This document shows positions 56,830 through 64,000 of a stretch of DNA of 64,000 nucleotides, piece by piece (the stretch's first letter is position 1; the number at the start of each line of letters is the position of its first letter). The notes under the pieces were generated by a model. It was not told the origin of the DNA and ran no database searches. It worked only from the letters and a program-made list of their open reading frames with translations. The stretch comes from a virus (lineage: Duplodnaviria; Caudoviricetes), in IMG/VR virus record IMGVR_UViG_3300036770_006429, positions 1,249 through 65,248 of that record. One strand, given 5' to 3'. The translations under genes and the position numbers were made by a program.

Positions 56830-59604
56830 TCAACAAACACCTATCGGTGACCCCACAATACCATTGTTAGGATTCAAAATATAAATAGTATTGTTATATT
56901 TTATATATTGATATTCCAATAAAATATTATTATCAATCGTGTAAATTACACTGTTTGTTACAAAAAATGGTGTATTCATATAACCCGGTATAATGGTCGA
57001 AGAACATATATCGTTTAAATTATTGGAAACAGCAAAACTTATAGGATATTTGCTAAAAGTAGGTGGCGCAACCGTGCTAAGATAATTAAGATTGTGTTCA
57101 TCTATCTTAACTGGTAAATTGTCCCAAATTACACTGCAACAAGAGCAACCAGAATATATAAGCGAAGACAAACTGATGTATGTTTCTTGGGAAACCAAAG
57201 TTGCACATCCATTAGGTGCCAATTGACCATTTATTATATTGATGTATGATGTTGTCATCCCAGAGATAACATCATTTGCACCCATAGTAATACCATAAGA
57301 GTTAACTTTTGTTCCCTGTATTATGTTATAAGGCACACAATTTGGTCTGACTGTTGTCACTTGATTTGTAAATGAATCAGTTGGGGCAACATAAACATTG
57401 TTTTTATATACATTAGTTGTTGATTCAGTAGTACCACTTCCCGGCTGATAAATTTTAGATATCGAATTAGCATCTATGTTAAATGACAAATTTGTACCTA
57501 CTTCAATCTTTGGGTCCACATCTATGACCCATTCTATTTGCTTGACCGTACTACTTATCGAATTGAATTTTAAAATTTTTATGGATATGTTATATACGGT
57601 ATTAGTATTATCATAAGTTATTGTAGTTAATTTATTATTTGTCTTGCCAGAACTATCTATAACCGAAGCAACATATGTTCCCTGACACAAGTTTGTAAAG
57701 AAACTTGAAGACTTATAATTTAACCCACCATCAATAGAATACGCATAAGGCGCAGATCCACCTAAAACATCTATATTTATTGCGCCGTTACAATTATTTA
57801 TATCATTGCACTTAGTATTTGTTTTTTGAATATTCAAAATCATTGGCGGAGTAGTACATGCTCCTTGTTGAACAAATACATCCGCAGTTGAACTGCCACC
57901 AGCAATAAACCAACCATTATCTGGTATAAGAGAATTTGTTTTTGAAACTAATATACCATCAAATACTGTTAAACCTCTAATTTCCCAACGGCTATTGTTT
58001 GAACTCCAATATATTTGATTTACACCACCATCATAAGACCAACGAGGTTTGTTGTTTTCGTAACCGTAAAAAATAAAAGCCCTTGTTATTGGTAGTAAAT
58101 TATTACCAACCAAATAAAGACATAGATTTGGATATACGGTAGTAGGTGTCGGTGTATTTGTATTTGTAGGTGTTAACGTAGGTGTCGGCGTAGGTGCAAT
58201 CAAAGTACAAGTTGTACTTGCCGAGAAGTCACCATAAAAATCAACAACCGTAACACTATATTGACCAAAGTTTAAGTTATTTATAAAATCACTTCGTTGA
58301 CCATTAGACCAATAAAAACTATAAGGCGGCGTCCCGCCCGTTACAACTAAGTTTAACGAACCATCAAAGGATGTTGATGTGGTCGGATTAGTTGGTATAC
58401 ATCTAACACCAAGAGGAAATAACGTGAAAAAATCACACTCATTTTTAGTTGTGTATGCTATACTTGGCGTTACAAATGGTGTTGGTGTTGGCGATATGCA
58501 ATACGTACTGCCTGTAATATAACCATCTGGATCAACACCATAACAAATATTATCTTTGACAAATCTAAATTCATTTGTCACAGCCCAGCTATTAGATACA
58601 TCGTTTTGACAATTCGTCTGCCCTATAAAGTAACGCGCACCAATAGAACCATTAAATGATGAATATCTGCCATAAATACCGCCAAAAGTCCCGACATTGC
58701 ACACATAATCACAACCAAAATTATTTAAATCCCGCTTAACACTAAAAACTTGACACCCAAATGGAGAAGCCGTCGGTGTAACAGTTCCCGTCATTGTTGG
58801 TGTTTTAGTTGTTGTTGGCGTATTAGTTTTTGTTATCGTATTTGTTGGTGTCTGGGTAATTGTGGGTGTATTCGTCGGTGTAATTGTGTTAGTAGGGGTC
58901 TGTGTGGGCGTAATAGTGTTAGATGGTGTAATAGTGGGTGTAGGTGTTAAACCTACGGTATTACTTGGTGTCAATGTAATAGTATTAGATGGTGTAATCG
59001 TTGGCGTTGGTGTATTAGTGCTTGTTGGTGTCGCACTTAATCCAATAGTATTACTTGGGGTCAGTGTAATAGTGTTAGATGGCGTAATCGTTGGCGTTGG
59101 CGTGGGAGTAGGTGTTGAAGTTTCTGTGGTCGTAGGTGTGACAGAACATACTGCCTCATTATTTAAAACACCAGAATTTCCCATCACAGACCATACTTTA
59201 ACCCCGTCTGAATAATACCCATTCGGGGCAAAAGTGCTAAAACCAGAATCACTATAAATTGTCACACCAGTTGATAAAGTGGTGTAAAATTGCGTGTAAT
59301 ATGTAGAACAATCAATGCAAGGAGGGCCGTATCCGTTACAAGCATCAGAGGCACTAACATTGCTATAATTTAATATAAAGCTTTCATAACATAACCCTAA
59401 ATCACTAAGCGTCGCTATTCCGGGTGGACTAATACTGACTGCATTTTCTTCGCAAGAACAAAAATTATAACTGTTCCCAGCAACAACTACATGGTCTATA
59501 ATTGCACCGGAATCACAATTTTTATATTGTACGGTAACATTTTCTGATAGTGACCCGTTTACTAACAAATACGATTTACAACTCTGACTACAACTTAATG
59601 GCAT
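56830..59604 (-). CDS. Cys-rich fibre-like protein with Thr-Pro repeats and SprB repeats
   Basis: TPT runs; [22 protein letters not shown] and [22 protein letters not shown] SprB-like repeats. Confidence 0.75.
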   Translation of the reverse strand: MPLSCSQSCKSYLLVNGSLSENVTVQYKNCDSGAIIDHVVVAGNSYNFCSCEENAVSISPPGIATLSDLGLCYESFILNYSNVSASDACNGYGPPCIDCSTYYTQFYTTLSTGVTIYSDSGFSTFAPNGYYSDGVKVWSVMGNSGVLNNEAVCSVTPTTTETSTPTPTPTPTITPSNTITLTPSNTIGLSATPTSTNTPTPTITPSNTITLTPSNTVGLTPTPTITPSNTITPTQTPTNTITPTNTPTITQTPTNTITKTNTPTTTKTPTMTGTVTPTASPFGCQVFSVKRDLNNFGCDYVCNVGTFGGIYGRYSSFNGSIGARYFIGQTNCQNDVSNSWAVTNEFRFVKDNICYGVDPDGYITGSTYCISPTPTPFVTPSIAYTTKNECDFFTLFPLGVRCIPTNPTTSTSFDGSLNLVVTGGTPPYSFYWSNGQRSDFINNLNFGQYSVTVVDFYGDFSASTTCTLIAPTPTPTLTPTNTNTPTPTTVYPNLCLYLVGNNLLPITRAFIFYGYENNKPRWSYDGGVNQIYWSSNNSRWEIRGLTVFDGILVSKTNSLIPDNGWFIAGGSSTADVFVQQGACTTPPMILNIQKTNTKCNDINNCNGAINIDVLGGSAPYAYSIDGGLNYKSSSFFTNLCQGTYVASVIDSSGKTNNKLTTITYDNTNTVYNISIKILKFNSISSTVKQIEWVIDVDPKIEVGTNLSFNIDANSISKIYQPGSGTTESTTNVYKNNVYVAPTDSFTNQVTTVRPNCVPYNIIQGTKVNSYGITMGANDVISGMTTSYINIINGQLAPNGCATLVSQETYISLSSLIYSGCSCCSVIWDNLPVKIDEHNLNYLSTVAPPTFSKYPISFAVSNNLNDICSSTIIPGYMNTPFFVTNSVIYTIDNNILLEYQYIKYNNTIYILNPNNGIVGSPIGVC

Positions 59605-59615
59605 ATATTATTTTT

Positions 59616-59834
59616 TTATTCGACATATGTTATGCCAGATATAATACTGTTATTTGAATCTATAATTTTTAACATATAAGCATTGTACTTATCATTAGGC
59701 GACGGTATATAAAATTCATAATTTGCTACATCTATCCTATCTATATAAAAACAATTTTCACCATTTATATCACAGACATAAACATCATAAGGGCTTTGCC
59801 CTGTTATAGATAATATATTTACAAGAGCACTCAT
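59616..59834 (-). CDS. Small structural module protein
   Basis: ITGQSPYDVYVCD..G..C...KIIDSN motif; likely start MSALVN. Confidence 0.6.
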   Translation of the reverse strand: MSALVNILSITGQSPYDVYVCDINGENCFYIDRIDVANYEFYIPSPNDKYNAYMLKIIDSNNSIISGITYVE

Positions 59835-59835
59835 A

Positions 59836-61803
59836 TTAACAACTATTACAATTAAAATATATTGCAGAAGCAAACCCAGCAAAATAATTGCCCAAAAAAT
59901 CTATTTGGGTTGCGCCAATAGGGTTAACATAAGATGCCGGATAAATACCAATATACTCCCAACAATTATTATAAGAATCTTTAACAACATTTCCAATAGT
60001 CAGCCCCGATACATAAGGTTCTGTTTGTTTAATATATATCAAATCTGTTTGCTCTGGTAATATAAAACAACTTTTAAAAACGTAAACCATATTCGAAGAA
60101 ACAGACGGCGTAGGTGTTATTGTCGGTGTTAAGGAAGGTGTTATCGTTTGTGTCAAACTTGGCGTTTGGGTTGGTGTGACAGTACAAATTGAGCAATTAC
60201 CATAAAAATCGATTACATTTTCTATATATGCGTTAGGACTAAAATCCAGAGTATCACCAACATATTCCAAACAAAAAACATTAGAGTTTATTTCACATTT
60301 AACAACTTGACCAATTGTTATTCCAGATAAATTATAAACGATATTCTGACCAATATAGTAAAGTTCATTTGTCGAACAATCGCGCATAACTTTAGATGAT
60401 ACCGAATCAAATGTTTTATCAAATAATGTGAAATTTACTGAGCCAGAAAATGAAACTGTTTTTGTTAAAGTCAATGAAGGTGTTGGCATAGGTGTTGTCT
60501 GTGTTGGCAATTCAGTAGAAACAATATTAAAATTAACACCAACAATTGGCAATGGTGTGCTACTTAATGTAGGTGTCGGAGTATTAGTAGGTGTCTGGGT
60601 AATCGTTGACGTAACACTAGGCGTTGGGAGAAAGTCACATTCAAAAATTGCATCAAAATCAACAACACTATAAGATGTTGGCGTAGGCGTTACTGTAGGA
60701 CAAAGTCCACCAGAAAAAACCCCGCTATTGAAATCCGGACACGAACTTAAGCATGGTGATGACCCTTTTATTAAACAAGAACCACCTAACGTGGAAGATA
60801 AACACCATTCAATACCATCAAAATATATAAATCCGTTTGAAATACCATTTCCCTGATAATAATTTCTATTATTATATGTGCCACCACTTACATAATCTCC
60901 AGAGTAATCTCTTAATAAATCAATGTTTGTCCTAAAACAATATTGACTCTGTTCGCAAATTGGAATAGTAGGCGTAACTGTAGGTGTTGCTGAAGGTGTT
61001 AATACTGGTGCTGACGGTATAGGAGTACAAAACGCACAATCTGCATAATCTGGTGTACCCAAATCTGGACCTCCGGGACCTGAAAATTCAATAAAAGAAT
61101 AACAGTTACCCTGATAAATGTAAACAGCCCCCAAGAATGCAGTATCTTCATCGACAATAGCATAAAAAATAGAACTATCAGAACATTTTTGTAATAGCGC
61201 AGCTTTGCTACATGATTGATTACAAACATTCTGAGAAACGTTTATGCCGAAATATTCCTTAGATGTATCAACGCAAGCGTATTCACCAACACTCGTACCA
61301 TAAACAATGTCTCCGCAGTAATTATAATATGACCAACCAGTTGTCCCTGTAGTAACACCAGAATAAGATGGACACTGTAATTCTTCTGTGATTATTGCTG
61401 AAGAGCCATCATAAACATTCGGCAACTGTTCAAAAGGAATTAGTGTGGCAGAACCAGTAAAAGAACCGCTGACTATATAATATACATTACCAACATCTAA
61501 AGTAGATGTCAATCCACTTAATATAAATTTATTCGTGCTATCATCACACTGTTGAAACGCATATAAAGAATCGCAACAACCTTCAAGACCGTATATAATA
61601 GATGGTGGCACAATCGGAGTGCCAATAGAGCAAATCGTAACAACATTTCCAGAACCCAAATCTTGAAAAATAGTAGAACTATCTACGCAAGAAGTATAAC
61701 TAAATGTATCAGTTGTCACCCCTTCATTACTTAGGGCATACTTACAACAATTGGTTGAACAGAATGTCGTATTACAAGTTGGAGCTGGAATTCCTGATGC
61801 CAT
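59836..61803 (-). CDS. Cys-rich Thr-Pro repeat structural protein
   Basis: Many Cys modules separated by TPT linkers; TATTTAT at 61874-61880. Confidence 0.75.
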   Translation of the reverse strand: MASGIPAPTCNTTFCSTNCCKYALSNEGVTTDTFSYTSCVDSSTIFQDLGSGNVVTICSIGTPIVPPSIIYGLEGCCDSLYAFQQCDDSTNKFILSGLTSTLDVGNVYYIVSGSFTGSATLIPFEQLPNVYDGSSAIITEELQCPSYSGVTTGTTGWSYYNYCGDIVYGTSVGEYACVDTSKEYFGINVSQNVCNQSCSKAALLQKCSDSSIFYAIVDEDTAFLGAVYIYQGNCYSFIEFSGPGGPDLGTPDYADCAFCTPIPSAPVLTPSATPTVTPTIPICEQSQYCFRTNIDLLRDYSGDYVSGGTYNNRNYYQGNGISNGFIYFDGIEWCLSSTLGGSCLIKGSSPCLSSCPDFNSGVFSGGLCPTVTPTPTSYSVVDFDAIFECDFLPTPSVTSTITQTPTNTPTPTLSSTPLPIVGVNFNIVSTELPTQTTPMPTPSLTLTKTVSFSGSVNFTLFDKTFDSVSSKVMRDCSTNELYYIGQNIVYNLSGITIGQVVKCEINSNVFCLEYVGDTLDFSPNAYIENVIDFYGNCSICTVTPTQTPSLTQTITPSLTPTITPTPSVSSNMVYVFKSCFILPEQTDLIYIKQTEPYVSGLTIGNVVKDSYNNCWEYIGIYPASYVNPIGATQIDFLGNYFAGFASAIYFNCNSC

Positions 61804-61895
61804 GTTTTATTTAAACCCAATCATTTTTTTAACTATCCAAAAACTTAATATGGTCGAAGTTACGTTATATTTTATAAATATAGTAGTTTATGAAA

Positions 61896-64000
61896 TCAAA
61901 TGGGACATTTTAATTCAGCAATCCAAAATGTGCCGTCCAACGGAGCAGTGACAGTTAATGTTGCCGTAGACGGTGAAGAAGTTGTTTTCGTAAAAGAAGC
62001 ACTGCCTTCGGCCACCCCAGAAACATCTGGATATCCTAACGCATTTAAATCTGCATTGTATGTATCTGAACCCCTAAATCCAGTATCTATAACTGTATTG
62101 CCATTCCAAGAAACAACAAATTTATCTGGGATTGAAAAAGCATTATAATTTAAAACCACTTCGCCAGTATTTTGGCCCAAATCAATTGTCACGGTGAAAA
62201 TACCTCTACCAGAACTACCTTCCCACGCATTTGTATCAATAATCTCATCGCAAGTAGTAGAACTAAAAAATAATGAAAATGGTGTGGCTGATGGTGTTAC
62301 TGTATTCGTTGGTGTTATAGTGTTTGTTGGTGTTATTGTATTAGTAGGAGTTGCAGTAATCGATGGACTAATAGTGATAGATGGTGTTATAGTGTTTGTT
62401 GGAGTTAGTGTCGGCGTAATTGTCGGTGTAGGTGTAGATGTTTGCGTTATAGCACAAATAGTCGTACCAGTAATGTCCCCGTTCTGATTAACACCATAAC
62501 ATTTTTCATCATAACCAATGAATCTATAATCTGTGGTCCAATCAATTGCACTCGAAACACAAGAACTTTCATTTAGATATAGTCGTTTTGTGGGATCCCA
62601 TTGTGGTGACTGAATCCAAACAGGTTCAGTTAAATTAGTTGTACTACATATTTCATCACAATTTTGGGTGATGAAGTTATTACTTACCTTTACAGTATAT
62701 GTACTACAGAACACAGGTGTTTTTGTTGGCGTTACCGTATTCGTAGGCGTTAGCGTATTCGTGGGTGTTACCGTATTCGTTGGCGTAATCGTTAATGTGT
62801 TCGTAGGTGTTACAGTAGAAGTGGGTGTATTCGTGGGGGTTACGCTAAAAGTAGGCGTATTCGTGGGGGTTACAGTAGAAGTGGGTGTATTCGTGGGGGT
62901 TACGCTAAAAGTAGGCGTATTCGTAGGTGTTACAGTATTAGTAGGTGTTTGTGATGGCGGAATACAATTATACGGAATACCTACAACATAATTTAAACTA
63001 AAATAATCAGTCTCCCAAGAAAGATTATTTTCTGATATATAAACGCCATAGGTAGAACGTATATTAACTGGGTCGGAGGTAACATTTTGTAAACATGCCG
63101 AGTTGCTGCTATATAAAACACTTTCTGGTTGTATATTAGGTGTTTTCAAATATACTGTTGTTGTTGATGTCGAATCACAAGCATTAACTAAACTTACATT
63201 ACTATATTTTATCGTAACCGCATAACAAAATGGTGTTGGAGTATTAGTAGGCGTATTTGAAGGTGTTACCGTTCTCGTAAGTGTATTAGTTGGCGTTACC
63301 GTACTTGTCGGCGTATTAGTTGGGGTAACTGTATTTGTAGGTGTTACAGTAGAAGTGGGCGTTGTTGTATTTGTAGGTGTTTGAGTGTTAGAAGGTGTTA
63401 GAGTATTTGTAGCCGTAACCGTATTTGTAGGTGTTACCGTCCTTGTCGGTGTATTAGTCGGTGTAACTGTATTTGTAGGTGTTACCGTATTTGTCGGCGT
63501 AACTGTGTTCGTAGGTGTAACTGTGTTTGTGGGTGTTATCGTGTTCGTCGGAGTTACAGTATTCGTGGGTGTTATTGTATTTGTAGGCGTTTGAGATGAT
63601 GTGTTCGTATTTGTAGGTGTTTGTGTAGGGGTTACCGTGTTTGTGGGTGTTACCGTATTTGTAGGTGTTTGTGTAGGGGTTACCGTGTTTGTGGATGTTA
63701 CCGTATTAGTAGGTGTTTGTGTAGGGGTTACCGTGTTTGTGGGTGTAGCAGTATTAGTAGGTGTTTGCGATGATGTGTTCGTATTAGTTGGTGTGATTGT
63801 GTTTGTTGGACTTTGCGTATTCACAGGTGTTTGTGTTGATGTTACTGTGTTCGTTGGTGTTATTGTATTCGTGGGTGTTATTGTATTCGTGGGTGTTTGA
63901 GTGGGCGTAACAGTACTTGTCGACGTTACCGTGTTCGTAGGTGTTATTGTATTTGTGGGCGATACAGTATTTGTCGGCGTTGAGCTTGATGTAGGCGTAA
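61896..64000 (-). CDS. Very Thr-Pro-rich structural protein; 5' end lies outside the window
   Basis: Frame is open to the window edge; (TPTNTV/I)n repeats; C-terminal [11 protein letters not shown]...DTGFRG...APL.GT.W domain. Confidence 0.8.
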   Translation of the reverse strand, partial: TPTSSSTPTNTVSPTNTITPTNTVTSTSTVTPTQTPTNTITPTNTITPTNTVTSTQTPVNTQSPTNTITPTNTNTSSQTPTNTATPTNTVTPTQTPTNTVTSTNTVTPTQTPTNTVTPTNTVTPTQTPTNTNTSSQTPTNTITPTNTVTPTNTITPTNTVTPTNTVTPTNTVTPTNTVTPTNTPTRTVTPTNTVTATNTLTPSNTQTPTNTTTPTSTVTPTNTVTPTNTPTSTVTPTNTLTRTVTPSNTPTNTPTPFCYAVTIKYSNVSLVNACDSTSTTTVYLKTPNIQPESVLYSSNSACLQNVTSDPVNIRSTYGVYISENNLSWETDYFSLNYVVGIPYNCIPPSQTPTNTVTPTNTPTFSVTPTNTPTSTVTPTNTPTFSVTPTNTPTSTVTPTNTLTITPTNTVTPTNTLTPTNTVTPTKTPVFCSTYTVKVSNNFITQNCDEICSTTNLTEPVWIQSPQWDPTKRLYLNESSCVSSAIDWTTDYRFIGYDEKCYGVNQNGDITGTTICAITQTSTPTPTITPTLTPTNTITPSITISPSITATPTNTITPTNTITPTNTVTPSATPFSLFFSSTTCDEIIDTNAWEGSSGRGIFTVTIDLGQNTGEVVLNYNAFSIPDKFVVSWNGNTVIDTGFRGSDTYNADLNALGYPDVSGVAEGSASFTKTTSSPSTATLTVTAPLDGTFWIAELKCPI
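62715..64000. repeat. Degenerate 18/12-bp coding tandem repeats (TPTNTV)
   Basis: GT-rich periodic sequence on the + strand, interrupted by one Cys module at ~62960-63230. Confidence 0.85.

Noticed and set aside
62194-63900. Val/Gly-rich + strand ORFs (VGVTVF repeats), also at 58862 and 60428
   Set aside because: They are antisense shadows of the Thr-Pro repeat genes
62715-64000. CRISPR-like periodicity
   Set aside because: The repeats are degenerate, codon-phased, have no unique spacers and lie within a CDS

Overview
This is a gene-dense, AT-rich segment of a large myovirus-type (jumbo) phage genome, with most genes on the minus strand. The host is almost certainly a Bacteroidetes: there are TAnnTTTG promoters, signal peptides cleaved before Gln, and D-S/T-hydrophobic O-glycosylation sequons. 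1-13 kb holds small accessory ORFs, one canonical tRNA-Ser, four aberrant tRNA-like RNAs and an RNA-repair trio (Rnl1-like ligase, PNK-like kinase, phosphoesterase). 13-23 kb holds putative capsid-packaged ART-like/LRR proteins, a GH16 hydrolase, a degenerate ThyA near an intact ThyX, a GH73 lysin and a Nudix hydrolase. 23-30 kb is a cassette of five fibre/adhesin-like proteins that all carry signal peptides. 30-32 kb is a TnpB-only IS200/IS605 element splitting an HExxH peptidase gene; two 47-48 bp collapsed scars of the same element lie at 4.4 and 6.7 kb. 32-54 kb holds a TROVE-like/TerD protein, tail tube, DnaJ, head-associated proteins, lysis genes, a sigma factor, SbcCD/gp46-47, an exonuclease, primase and RuvC. 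54-64 kb encodes structural proteins with Cys-rich modules, SprB repeats and long Thr-Pro repeats. All calls come from motif recognition by eye; no database search was run.
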